Assembly: GCA_051362555.1 (NCBI GenBank)
Contig: CM120647.1
Span: 16,592,651 to 16,656,650, forward strand
Reading direction: 5' to 3'
Source: Lingula anatina
Taxonomy: Eukaryota > Animalia > Brachiopoda
Length of the DNA stretch: 64,000 nucleotides
Positions within the stretch are counted from its first letter, which is position 1. Each line of letters begins with the position of its first letter. Under the pieces are notes generated by a model. The model saw only the letters and a program-made list of their open reading frames with translations. It did not search any database and was not told the origin of the DNA. This document shows, piece by piece, positions 1 to 13,420 of the stretch. Both the position numbers and the translations under genes were made by a program.

Positions 1-359
1 CTTTCATCATGTGAATTTTAACTCTCATGGTCCTGAAACTGTAATCTTATTGAAGGGGTGGATTGAGACCATTTTCTGGGTCTCCTGGAAGACAGTCAGA
101 TTTTAAAGTTTATATTTACGGGTTTCTGTTGGAAGACCATCAAAATGGAGGATGGATCAACAAAGATACTTTGGAATACTGTCAGAAAATATCTCTGAAT
201 CTGCTCCATGTTACCTGTTGTGCATGATTAAAAATCAGTGTTGACTGACTGTGCTATTATAAGCATATATTATTGCATCAAAATTGACAAAATGACCTAT
301 TTTGCATCTTTTTTTTCTGTTTTTTTGTCTGTACATTTGACAGCTTTGCTGCCTTGTTT
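1..359 (+). mobile_element. 3' end of Helentron/HINE-like non-autonomous element (family A)
   Basis: Ends in TGTCTGTACAT + short hairpin GACAGC-TTT-GCTGCC + TTGTTT, the same terminus seen at ~34181-34213, 35651-35685 and 56234-56267. The body is homologous to 11275-11580. Confidence 0.65.
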
Positions 360-679
360 ATCTTAGGAATGTCATGTAGTAGTAATCTCCATGAAAAAAA
401 CATAATTAGAGTGTGTCCACTAAAAAAATTAGATAATCAGCCAGTCTGAGGAAGCATTTAGGCTGTAAACACAATTTAAAAGGATTTCTGTTTTTTAACT
501 TGCAGTGTCTATCTGTACATGATTTGAAGGCATCGCCTTTTCAACCTAAGGCCCACTTCTGTGGATGTGAATTGTTAGAAATTGCATATTTTGTATTGTT
601 ACAACTAAGTGTCACACAAACTTCATGCAGCATTCATTTCATTCACTGAAAAATTCATTGTTGCACTCTGTTGTTTTAG

Positions 680-3600
680 GAGGAGAATGCAGAGTATTGT
701 AATCGACACCCAGAGTTCCAGCCTAAGGAAATCAAGTTCTTCATCACAAAAGATGAACAAAGGGTGAAGGACAGACAGGATGGGAAACCAGAAAAGCCAC
801 CTCCGTAAGTGTTTTTAAGAAAATGATTGTATTGTTATGCTACTCTCTGCTTGCCATTCTTCTGAGTATTTTTGGTAAGCATTAGTTATAGTCATTCTTG
901 TATAGTGTATCTTATTATGGACTTATAGTCATTGTTGTTATTTGCATTTTATGATGGCGTTGTAATTATTCTTGCATTCTGTATTTTATGATGGAGTTGC
1001 AGTCATTCTTGCATTCAGTATTTTAATGGAGTTGTCATTCTTGCATTCTGAATTATATAATGGAATAGTAGCCATTCTTGTATTCTGTTTTTCATAATGT
1101 AGTAGTAGTGGTAGTCATTCTTGTATACTGTATTTTACTATGGTCTTGTATTCATTTTGTAAACTGTATTTTATCATAGTAATGGCTACTCCCTGTACAC
1201 TGCTGAGACATTGAACATGCTGAGTGACTCGGACATTCCCAACATTCTCAAGATGGCCGAAGTGGCAAGAATGTGGAAAAATCTCTCGGAAGCAGAACGC
1301 CAGGGCTATGGCAAGAAGGCACAGGAGGTGAAGTTTTGAATTGTTGTTTATTGAAAGTTTTCATTTAAGGAACAAATTTTAAGACTGCCATTGGTGCAAC
1401 TTACTTTGTGGGAGATAGGAGTGGGGTGTAGGTACACTTACTATGTGAAGTTACATCAATTTGCAAAATGAATTTTAGATACAAAATGACTTTCATTTGT
1501 TATAGGCTTTGGGGAATAAAAGTTTGCTCAAATAATAATAATAAAAATATATTCTGAACCCTTTGGCTTATAAACTGTACTGCTGCTGTGTTACAGGGAA
1601 TGCAAGAGTACAGGTTGAAGTATGAAGCATACAAGGAAGGGCTGCCAGAGGAAGAAAGGCTGAAACTAGAGGAAGAAGAGAGACAGGGGGGAAAGAAAAA
1701 GAAAAAGTCCACCAGTCAAGTATGTTATTAAACAGTACACATTGCCTGATAGTAAAGATTATATTTTAGTATAAGAAAAAATTTGACATACATATATCTC
1801 ATTTGAGATTATATCAAGCACTCTGTAACTGATTAACACCAGGTGACTTTACATGTGACATGTAACACGTTAATTATGGATTTGGGGAGGAGGGGTCCTT
1901 AATGATTTGAAGGAGATAAAAAAGAAAAAAAGTATCATAAGAATTTATTTGCTATACATATTAATTATTTCTTTTTCAGGCTCACTCCCCAATGCCTCAG
2001 AGCAGACCCCAGAAGCCCATATCTGCCATGTTTATATTTATGAAAGAAAAGAAAGACCACTACAAGAAAAAGAACCCAGAAATGTCAGAGAAGGAATTGA
2101 ACCAGCACATGATCAAGATGTATAATGAGCTGTCTGATCACAAAAAGGTAAAGAAGTAGTTACATTTACTGATAGGAATAGATAGTATTGTTGTGAGTTC
2201 TTGATTATTCATCTACATCAGCAGCTGTACATAACCTCAAGTCTCCTGCACAGAGCAATTGTTTCCATGGGACATATGCCACTTGGTGCGGCAAGGGACT
2301 ATAAACATCAGGGGCCAATCCAGGATTATTTGAAGGGGGGGGGTCCAGAATGACAGGCCGCAAATGCAAAGTCAACCATTGCCCCCTTGGTGTGGGGTTT
2401 GGGGCCTGCTCAAGGGCCCTGAAAAATTTTTTGGTGAGCAAACAGTGCCCTTTGGAACGGTTTAGAACTATGATTAAGCTAGTCAAAATTATAATATTAA
2501 GAGGAGAAAATTGGTGTGATGAGGAGAAAATTGGTGTGATATATTTTTTCAGAAACAGAAGGGGGGGGGGGGACTTGACCCCCTGACCCCCCCCCCCTCT
2601 CCCTCTAAATCCACCACTGCACATACACTACCTTCAATACACAATTACTACATTTTTTAAAAGAAATGATATAAACAACTTTGTGTGAAGGGTGTGGGGG
2701 ATTGTCTCATGCCTTAGTTTATTTCCTTCTCATCAAAATATCATGGGTGGGACCCTGGGGGGGGGGGGGGTGTATTTTAACAGCACCCATTGATGAAAGC
2801 CACGAGATAATCTACTGTGGATTTTCAATGCCAAGTCCAGAAAGCACCATGCATTAGCTCATGCTGTGTCAGAGTGTGTTGACTTCATACTGAGTATTGT
2901 CTAACTGGTATGGCAGCCATATGCTCAAGAAATTTGCCTTTATTTTCAGGAAAAGTACAAACAAATGGAGGCTGCTCACAAAGCTGAAGCTCAGACTAAA
3001 GTTACGGACTTCATGTAAGTAGGGAAAGTTGGAAGACAGCTCTTCTTATGGATGTAAAACAAGAAAAATAATTTAGTGTTAATTTTTAAAGACTGGAAAT
3101 TTTAATCTGTTTATTTGGGATAAAAACAAAGTGTTCCACTAAATTTGCAGCTGCTTTGTGAATGAACATTAGAAAAAAAAAATTAAATAGAAAAAATTCA
3201 AGGTATAAAATAAATAAATGTGCACCAGTCACTTTTATCTCTCTATTTCATATTTCAAATAGAAAAAAGAATGACGCCAGCATTCCTAAAACTTTCCCCG
3301 GTGAACCCAAGAGACCGCCTGGGTAAGTGTGCCAGTGGTTAAGAGAGAGTAAAGGGCATCTAAGAAGAAACTGAATTTTAGCAGTCTTCCTTGTTCCTTT
3401 CTTGGAAAGATAATTACTTAACATTTTTACTGTGTAAAGTGTCGCATTGAATATTTTTTTTTATAAATGTTAAATTCTTTAAGTTATAACTTAAATGAAT
3501 TATTTTTTTATTTTTCAGTTCATGGTAATTACTTAACCCAGTTTTAATAATATATTTATTAATACAGGAGTGGCTACCAGCTCTTCTCGACAGACCTCTT

Positions 3601-5078
3601 ACTCAACGAACTAAGTCATATTCCGAGCAAAGACCGCATGCAAGAAATCAGTAAAAGATGGCGGCAGCTGGATGAGGTGAAGAAAGAAGAGTACAAGAAA
3701 AAGCGTAATCAGCTTGTCAAGAGATATGAGAAAGAAGTGGAGAAATTCAAGAATGTTAGTTCAGATTTTTTTGTATTCAAACTGACTCTGGTTTTATCTT
3801 TCTTTGTTTGAAGATTATCAGTCTCTTGGCATGGACCTATCTTAGTATGGCTTTTTTTTCTGGTGAGATATGAGTCTGCTAATAAAGTATATATAGATAT
3901 TCATGAAGTCATCACAACGTAATAGGAAATGTACCACGAGGTCACTGGTGGAATGCAATTTAGTAATTGTATATTTGCCTGTAATGGGAAAAAATTGATT
4001 TCTATTTTGGGGTCATGTTTCAGAAATTATCTCCTGAAGATAGACAAAAATATGAAGATTACTTAAATGCTAAAAAAGGAAAGACACCAGTGAAGAAAAA
4101 GGTGAGAGTTAAAACAGATTTTCTTTCTATTTTTGTAAAACTTCACTGTGAGAAAAATAAAGCTGTTCAACTGTCGCCCATCAGTTTTATTTCAGTAAGT
4201 CTGTGTGGGAATGTCAGAAGGCAACATTGGGAAATATAACTAACTTTAAATAAACATAAATGTTAGTGCATGAAATAATTACTATGATGCTAATAATAGT
4301 TATAAACAGTTCTGAAATATGAGAGGACAACCTTTGATGTTAACTAAGCCAGATTACGTCTGATCCTATTTGTAATGACTAACACGTGTAATATGAATTT
4401 CACGATTCTTCAATACCTGTATGAATTGTATATATAGCCTCCAAAACTGTTGTGATTTTTAGCAGGCACCAGCTGCTGCAGCGCCATCTACACCAGAGGA
4501 ATCTGGGTCTGAGTCTGAGTCATCTTCTTCTGAAAGTGAAAGTGAAAGTGACTCTGATGATGATGACGAGGAGGAAGAGACGGCAGCAGCAGTGCAGACC
4601 AATGGGCCATCAGCTCCAACAGCCAACACAAAACAGGTGGGTTTGGAAACAAGTTAGTCTTTCGGGGATGCACTTTTTAACTCATTTTGGTAGCAAGAAA
4701 AGGTAGTATTATAATAGTTTTATGATTTCAAGGGATTTTGTCATTGGCCAATTACTTTAATAAAGGGATGTTTCAGTATAATTCTTTACATACCTTAATA
4801 AAGATAAATGTAAAATATTATAATGATAATATTAATAATAATAAAAAAGATAATAAATTATGGTATTGAAATAAAATGTTACAGTAATAAAGATAATAGT
4901 GAGAGTAGAATGGTAAAAAATTCTCTTAGATTAAGAATGCTAATTTACATGGTTTATCTTCATTTTGCAGGTTTCCAAAGAAGCAATGAGCAGCAGTAGC
5001 AGCAGTGACAGTAGCTCAGAGAATACCTCGGACGAGTCCAGTAGTAGTGGCTCCGACTCCAGCACTGATGATGACTAA
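680..5078 (+). CDS. UBTF: Nucleolar transcription factor 1 / upstream binding factor (UBF)-like HMG-box protein, 3' part (5' exons lie before the window)
   Basis: Phase-consistent exons 680-804, 1180-1327, 1597-1719, 1980-2147, 2950-3014, 3263-3322, 3568-3754, 4024-4101, 4463/4466-4636 (NAGNAG) and 4971-5078 (TAA). The translation gives tandem HMG boxes (ITKDEQRVKDRQDGKPEKPPPNGYSLY..., RPQKPISAMFIFMKEKK...NPEMSEKEL..., GEPKRPPGSGYQLFS...ISKRWRQL) matching recalled UBF1 motifs ([39 protein letters not shown]), followed by an acidic/Ser-rich tail. Confidence 0.9.
885..1178. repeat. Degenerate intronic minisatellite (~33 bp, GTCATTCTTGCATTCTGTATTTT core)
   Basis: About 8-9 diverged tandem copies are visible in the UBTF intron. 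Confidence 0.7.
2309..2619. mobile_element. hAT-like MITE (CAGGGGC...CCACTG termini, G/C-run subtermini)
   Basis: Imperfect terminal inverted repeats CAGGGGCCAATCCAG / CTAAATCCACCACTG; no clean TSD found. Confidence 0.55.
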
Positions 5079-5079
5079 A

Positions 5080-5660
5080 GGACAACTACAGTTAGCAGAA
5101 ATGGAATTATCTGATTTTTCTCTCTCTTCTTCTTGTAGATTTCCTGTGGAAAGGAAAGTTGTGAAGGTTTTCTCTGACTTTTGCGCAGATGTTGACTTAG
5201 AAGCAGCTGTATTTAACAGGGACAGGATTTCACATTTTCTATCTTCTTCTTCTAAAGGATTTTTTTGCTTTTTATTATGTGGAAGTGAAATTTATGGAAG
5301 TCTTTATCCACTTCCTGCTTAGATGAAGACTAATATTCAACTTCACACTTTGGGGACACGATTTTCTGAGATTCTCTCTCTTCTTCTAGAAGACTTTCAG
5401 CTTTTTGTGTGTGGAAACAGATGTATAACTTTTAATTTTCCTGACAGTAAGGTGCTCCTCCTAGCACAGATTAAGACCAAGAACTGACTACAGTTAGGAG
5501 AGACAGGATTTTTTATAAAAAACCTTTTCACAGGATGCCCTGCTTTTTTATGTAGAAAAGAAAGGCATGAAAGTTACTCTGACTCCCGCAGAGGAGAACT
5601 ACCACAGATAGGACTCTTTTGGATGATTTTCTGCTTTTTTCTGTGGAAAAAAAGTTATGA
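5080..5660 (+). repeat. Degenerate tandem repeat in the UBTF 3' UTR
   Basis: Recurring blocks CTACAGTTAG...GACAGGATT...CTTCTTCT...GCTTTTT...TGTGGAAA at roughly 120-140 bp spacing; AATAAA at ~5741. Confidence 0.45.
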
Positions 5661-7763
5661 GTTACTAAATAATAAGAAGAGATTAATAATAAGTGCTGAC
5701 CTGAAGTCAGAGGGTGTTAAAGAAACATTTATTATAATTGAAATAAAGACTCTGACTCTAGCACAAAGAAAATTGGAATTCGGATGTATTGGTAGTTAAG
5801 ACACGTGTACAGCAAATATGAAAATGGAGATTAAAAAATTTGTGAACAAATATAACAGTGACAGAAAAAAACAATGATTACATTTGACAGTGGGAGTTGC
5901 AATAATGACTGTTCTTGTAGCAAATGTACAACAGTAGCAGTGACGTAGTGGTAGTAAATGTAGGTGTAACAGCAATACAGGCTTTATGTAAGCTGTATAA
6001 GTAACAGTGGTAGTAGTAACAAAAATCACAGACTCTGAAAACTGCTGTTTCAAAACGAGCATGAAAGTGCAAAGTGGTGGCAGTGCACGCAAGAAGGAGG
6101 AGGGGTTTGAGGGGGGGATGGATGCTCCCAGGAAATTAACTTGAGGAAAAAAAACTTTTTTTATCAGTTTTATGGAGGTAAAATATTGTATATTTTTGGC
6201 AGTGATAGCAGTGGTAGTTGCACCTGTCCTTTATATAGAGCTAGATACAGTGACAGTAAGGAATGTCTTTTTTAAATAGTAAAATAGCAGTGGTAAGATT
6301 TGGGCTATAAAAGGGGGTATTCTGAATGCCAGCCGTGCCCCTAATTACAGTTTCTTATAGCAGTGGATATAGACAGGAGTTAAAGTATTAAGAATTAAAG
6401 TTTTAATAGAAATATTGTAATTGATATGAAGAGAGTGGTGGCTTTCCTTTCTGACATCAATTTTTGCTTCAAGAGGAACTTTTTAAATGCTGACATTTCA
6501 GTGCATACTGGATACCAGTTTAAAGCACTGTTTGGTTTTTATGATGATAGAGTACATGACATTTCTAGATAGCATCTAGTTTGAAAAAGATACTTGTATA
6601 GTGTAACAGGGTGTACTTATTATTTTTTTTCTAAACATCTTGAACAATACAGTCTTACTGTATGCTGATTCGAGTTAGGAAGTATGTATGGTACAACATA
6701 TATTATAAGTATATAGGAGACTATTAACCACGTATCATGTGCTCTAGATTGATATGTAGTTAAAATATGATATTGTGACTGTGACTTGGGGTATAGTGAG
6801 TTGAAAGTGACAAAAAAAAAAAAAAAAAAAAAAAACTATAGAATTCCAATTTTCTTTTTTTAACCATTTCTTTAAATCAGTTTTTTTTTCTTCAATTATG
6901 GTGCTGATGTCAGTAAAGTTTGTTGGAGAGAGAGAGAGATTCAGTTAGTGAACACTCAGCTGGTGGTACCTACCCAGGAGGGGATGGTACCTCTGTGATC
7001 CATTTGACTCTGTTCAGAAGCAGGTTGATCTCCAGATTAAGTTTTCCATAGATCAAATATGGCGCAACCCACTTGAAAGTATGCTGATATTTAATTGCTC
7101 AGCTCCTGCAGGGCTAGGGCATTTCGGAGGTGGGGAATCCATTTCATTATTGGTAAGGGATTATGGAGCATGCTTTCAAGTGGGCACCATATTAGATCCA
7201 CAGATCAGTAAGTCTATGGATCAACTTGGTTCTGAACAGGCCCTTAGTTTAGCTGGTGTTGGTAACTGGGGGTTTGTGATTGCAAAATAGTATCAGTGAA
7301 AAGCACATTTACATTCCCCTTGAAACTGATTAACTTAACAGTGTCCTTAGACTCAATGCTTGCAACATCCAGTGCAGGAAAGAGGGGGTGGAATCAGACA
7401 CATTAAACTCCCTTTAGCTTCTGTAGGTACCCCTGTCTTTATCCTCTAAAAAGAAGTGGAACTAGAAAAAACAAGTTATTTTTCTCTTTTGTTCTCAACA
7501 AGTCATAGTTAATTGTCTTCATCTGCTGTTTTTAATTTTCTCTGAAAAAAGAAGCTTTTTTGTCTTGCCCCCCCCCCCCCCCCCCCCCCTTGCTCCATCC
7601 CAAGCAAAATCATTGTTCTGGATAAGATCCATCCACTTCACTGGGTACTGCAAGCAGCACAGAGACTAGATTGGCACTATAGTGTGATCTAAACGTACTC
7701 ACAAGGTTTGTGAAGATGGTTATAGGTTGGGTTGCTACAGCATAACTGGAATTTAGTTTTGAT

Positions 7764-7806
<43 letters not shown>

Positions 7807-8406
7807 TTTACCGTAGTTTACACAGTGGTATGTCATATATGCCATCTTATGCAAGTAATTTACTTAATCAAAATAATATTAAAAAATAATAATAGGTCAC
7901 TTCCCTTAGGTTAATTTTTGCTTGCAAGGCAGAAAAAAGTTATGGCTACAAATAGTAAAAAGTACTACTGGGCCATGTATTCTGATAAAGTTGGAAGTCA
8001 CGTTTTCAGTGAAATGTATATGGAGTTCTCTGTAATAATTATTACTAGTTAGAACAATGCTGTACATTCGTTTCAACTGGATACAGCATGACGAGAGCAT
8101 ACCATCGCTTCTGAGTAGAGCACGAAAAATGTCCAGCATATAATCTTTCGCATTAATAAGCATTATATACTGCTTTGTAGAATATATGTTATTGAGATTT
8201 TATCATTAAATATTTACTTCATAAAGTCCAACCTGTTATTTTGTTTTATTGTCACTTGGCATGATGCCCTTTCATTACATTTATTTACAATATTTTTTAA
8301 CCCATTTGACAGTCTTGTTAATGACATATTTCTGACACTTGGGACGGGAAATTTTGATCCAGTTACGTGACTATTTAGTCCAGCAGTTTTCACTTAAGTT
8401 AAAGGC

Positions 8407-11400
8407 TTTTTATGTACAGACACAGATGTGTCTGAACATATAGCCATCATCTGCGTCTGTCGTCGCCATCGTCGTCGCTGTCGCCGTGCACTTTTACCGA
8501 TAACACGATAAGTGGAAAACTGTTTTTTCTTTTGGCTTGAAACTTACAGAACTGATGAATATTCATATTATGCAGGTCAAGTTCAAAAATCAGCATGATC
8601 GGGTCATTTTTAGGGTAGTTATGCTGTTTTTTCACTTTTTTCAGCATATATGCAGCACCGATAACACGATAAGTGGAAAACCATTTTACCTATTAGTTTC
8701 AAATTTACAGAACTGATGAATATTCATAATACGCATGTCAAGTTTGAAAATCAGCATGATCGGGTCATTTTTAGGGAAGTAATGCTGTTTTTTCACTTTT
8801 TTCAGCATGTATGCAACACCTTTGTGCTATATGATGGTACTGTATGGATGGCTGTCTATAAAATTGTCCCTTGGGTGATCACTAATTAAATTAAGGTCTA
8901 TAAAGTCATTTGCCTACTCATTGATTTTCAATTGGCCATTAAATGAGATTGCATAAAACACTCCTTGAGATTTCCCTGTAAAGTGCCATAGGTTTATCTC
9001 TCTTAACTGTGTCACAAAATTAGGATTTGGTGATAATTGTGCAGATAAATGGTGTTAAACATTGCAAATAAATTTACAACAAAAAGAATCTGTTATGCCA
9101 ACATGCTATAGATGAATAACAGTGCTTTATTTTTCTCAAACTTGGTGGGGTTATTAATATCAAGTTAATACAGCTAGATTAAAAGTTTGAATAGCAGCTT
9201 TATTGGAATTTTTTACGTTTTATTTAAAATTTTTTTTTAATTATTTTTCAAACACTAGCATCTTCAAGGTGTGATTTTTTACTCCCATCCACCAGAAGTG
9301 CTGTGCATTTTCTGTATTTTTATGTACAGACACAGATGTGTCTGTACATATAGCCATCACCTGCATCTGTCGTCGTCGCCGTGCACTTTGACCACCGATA
9401 ACATGATAAGTGAAAAACCGTTTTACCTTTTGGCTTGAAACTTACAGAACTGATGAGCTTTCATAATATGCAGGTCAAGTTCGAAAATCAGCATGATATG
9501 GCCATCTATATGGAAGTTATGCTGTTTTTTCACTTTTTTCAGCATATATGCAACACCGATAACACGATAAGTGAAAAACCGTTGTACCTTTTGGCTTGAA
9601 ACTTATGGAACTAATGAATATACATAATACGCAGGTCAAGTTCGAAAATCAGCATGATCGGGCCATTTTTATGGAAGTTATGCTCTTTTTTCATTTTTTA
9701 AAGCATATATGCAACACTGATAACACGATAGGTGAAAAACCGTTTTACCTTTTGGCTTGAAACTTACAGAACTGATGACTATTCATAATACACAGGTCAA
9801 GTTTGAAAATCAGCGTGATTGGACCAATTTTATGGAAGTTATGCTGTTTTTTCACTTTTTTTAGCATGTATGCAATACCGATAACGCATTTCAAGGAAAA
9901 TCAATTGGCCAATTGTCTTGAAATTTACAGGGGTGATCAGTCTTACTGAAATACAGATGGAGTTCGAAAATAAGCTCCATTGGTTCAGTTCTGGTGAAGT
10001 TATGCCTTTTTTGTATATAAGTGTTTTTTCCTTTGATTTAATTCTTAGGCATGTTAACAATCTCATCTGTGAACTAATTAGATATGTAAAGGTGTTCTTT
10101 TGACATTTTCTGCATCTTAACAATATTGTTAGTTGATTATATAAAAAAGATGGTAAACCTGTAATTGTGTAATAAAGTGTCAAAAAATGGAAATAATAAT
10201 AAACTCATATCTTTACAGTTTGTCAGATTCAATTATTCACCATGTTCAGAATCTCAGAATGGAGCAAACTGGACATTTAAAATTGTTCTATTGATATTTT
10301 TCCTATGTCAACAATTTTCTCAGTTGTTCATTTAAAAATGACAGTAAATTGATTACTTTGTTATATGAAAAAAAGGTGTTGAAAATGGAAGAAAATCAAT
10401 TCAATACAGTTATCTCTTGTATACAGGTACATTTTGGCATTTTGAAAGTGTGACTCTGAACTTCCATGGCCTTGAAGACCTTTCCATGTCACATTTTCTG
10501 TATATCCATGATACTTTTATTTTATTACTAAAAATTGATGGTCATTATGTTATATTGCATAAAAGTTGAAGAAAACCCTATTTTGGAAATGGCTGCCGGA
10601 ATGACCATTAAGGAAAAAACATGTTACTTATGATACTCAAACTTACTGAAAAGTTTTGTAAGACTGACGTGCAGTTTGTGTTGGAAAATCAGAATGATTG
10701 TTTTCTGTTCTGGAAGCAATGCAGCTCTATAGAGTGCTATATGGGGCTACTGTTTATGGATGGTGGTAATTGTCCCTTGGGGTAGTCACAAGCTAAATTC
10801 AGAGCTATAAAATCATTTGCCTAATTAATTTCCAAGTGCCCATTAAATAAGATTACATAAAACACACGTTGAGATTTCCCAGTAAAGTCCCATAGGTAAA
10901 GCTCTCTTAACTGTGTCACATAATTAGGAATCTGTGATAATTATGCAGGTAAATGTTGTTTAATATTGCAAATAAGTTAACAAAAGAAAAAAAAAATTGA
11001 ATAACAGTGCCTTATTATCCTCAAACACATTGGGGTTATTCATTTCATGTTATTACAGCAAGATTAAAAGTTTGAATAGCAGCTTTAATGGGATATTTTT
11101 GTTGTGTTTTCTTTTTAATTTATTTTTCAAACACTGGCATTTGCAGCTCCCATCCACCTGAAGCTCTTCACATTCTCTGGATTTCCACATAAACAGTTGC
11201 ATTGGTTTTTATGTCTTTAAACATTATGTAATATTATTTTATGCATTGTCATCATTATTCAAATATTGGGATTTTCATTATGTGAATTTGGTCCTGAAAC
11301 TCTAATCTTATTGCAGGGGTGGATTGAGGCCCTCTTCTGGGTCTTTCAGATTTTAAAGTTCATATTGATGGGTATCTGTTTTTTTTCTGTTGGAAGACCA

Positions 11401-13420
11401 TCAAAAATGTAGGATGGATCAACAAAGATAATTTGGAATACTGTCAGAAAATATCTCTGGATCCGCTCCTGTTATTGACGATGTCACCTGTTGTGCATGA
11501 TTAAAATTCGGTGTTGATTGACAGTGCTATTGTAGGCATGATTTATTATTGCATCAAAATTAACAAAATGAACCATTTTCTGCATTTTCTCAGCATATAT
11601 GCAGCACTGATAACACGATAAGTGGAAACCATTTTACCTTTTGGCGTGAAACTTACAGAACTGATGAACATTCATAATACACAGGTCAAGTTCGAAAATT
11701 GGCTTGATTGGACTATTTTTACAAATTTAAAGTTATGCTGTTTTTTTTTTCATTATTCAGCATATATGCAACACTGATAACACATTTTAAGGAAAACCAA
11801 TCAGCCTTTTGTCTTGAAACTTACAGGAGTGATCAGTCTGGCTAATATACAGATCAAGTTTGAAAATAAGCTTGATCAGTTAAGTTTTGATGAAGTTATT
11901 AGCCTTTTTGCATATAAGTGGCTTTTCTTCAGATTTAATTCTTAGGCATGTTAACAGTCTCAATATGGAACAAATAAGATATGTAAAAGTGTTGTTTTGA
12001 CATTTTCTGCTTCTTAAAAATATTGTTAGTTGATTATATAAAAATGACTACACCTTTTATTGTGCATTGTGTAATAAAATATCAAAAATGGAAGGGAACT
12101 CATATCATTGAAGTTCGTCAGATTCAATCATTCACTATGTTAAGAATCTCAGAATGTAGCAAGTTGGACATTTAAATTTGTTCTATCGATATTTTTCCTT
12201 TGACAACATATTTTAATTGATCATATAAAAATGACAGTAAATCGATTATTTTTTTTTCATGTAAAAAAGGTATTGAAAATGGAAATAAACTCTTTTTAAT
12301 ACAGTTTCTCTTGTTTAGATTTTGGGATTTTCAAAGTGTTTCTGAACTCTATGGGCTAGACACATTTTGTGAATATCCATGATAGTTTTATTTTATCATT
12401 AAAAAACTGATGGTTATTATGCTGTTAAGCATTATGTAATATTGCATCAAAATTGAACAAAACCCTATTTTAGGCACTGCCTCCTTAGTGACCGTGAAAG
12501 GAAAACCATGTCACTTGCTCTTTTTACACTTAAAGGAAAGAAACATAGGACTGAAATACAGCTTCAGTTGGAAAATCTGTCTCATTAGTTAATTTTCTGG
12601 AAGTTATAGAGGTTTTTTGTGAAAATTTTTATCTTTCACATACTGGAATTTTCAATGTGGGACTTAGAGCTCCCTTGGGCATGAAGCCCAGTGGTAATCA
12701 CCTTTTTTTAATGTCCATGTTTTTAATAGTAGATATTTAAAAATTGGTGGTATTTATACAGTTAATCATTATGTAATGTTGCATCAAAATTGACAAAAAA
12801 ACCTCTTTTGTACACTGCCACCATTAACGTTATAGAAAGAAAACTGTTACTTTCTAATTTTTCAACTAGTCTTACAAGAATGATTCTTAGGATTGACATA
12901 CAGCTCATATTAGAAAACCAGCTCTTTTAGATTATCACTTTTATTAAATTTATGCATTTTTTGTGAAATTTTCATTTTTCTCATTTTGGCACTTTCTATG
13001 TATAAACTTGAACTCTGATGGGCCTGAAGCCTTATGCTTTTACTTTCGTCGGTGTTACCTGTTGTGCATAATTTTAAAACATTTGATGTTGACTGTGCAG
13101 TTAAACATAATGTATTATTGTATCAGAATTGATAGTCTCCTATTTTGTGCATTATTGTTTTGTGCATTTCTTAAGGGTGTGACTTATGGGCCTGAAGACC
13201 TTTGAGAGGGTCAGTCTGTAAATTTCCCTTGGGTCTCACTAGACTAAGTTATAAAGTTATAAAGTCATTTGCCTAATTAATAGGCCATTAAATGAGATTA
13301 CATAAAGCACACTTGTTGATATTTCCCTGTAAACTCCCAAAGGTTAAGCTCTCTGCTGGATTAATAATAAGGAAGCAGTGATAATTATGCAGGTAAATTT
13401 TGTTTTATATTGCAAATAAG
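8407..13420 (+). mobile_element. Composite/nested Helentron/HINE family A elements (5' termini at 8407 and 9317, internal ~140-bp tandem repeats, no 3' terminus seen)
   Basis: 5' signature TTTTTATGTACAGACACAGATGTGTCTG (palindrome) + (GTC/GTCGCC)n microsatellite + tandem GATAACACGATAAGTG...CAAGTTCGAAAATCAGCATGAT units; homologous to 54310-56267. Confidence 0.75.
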
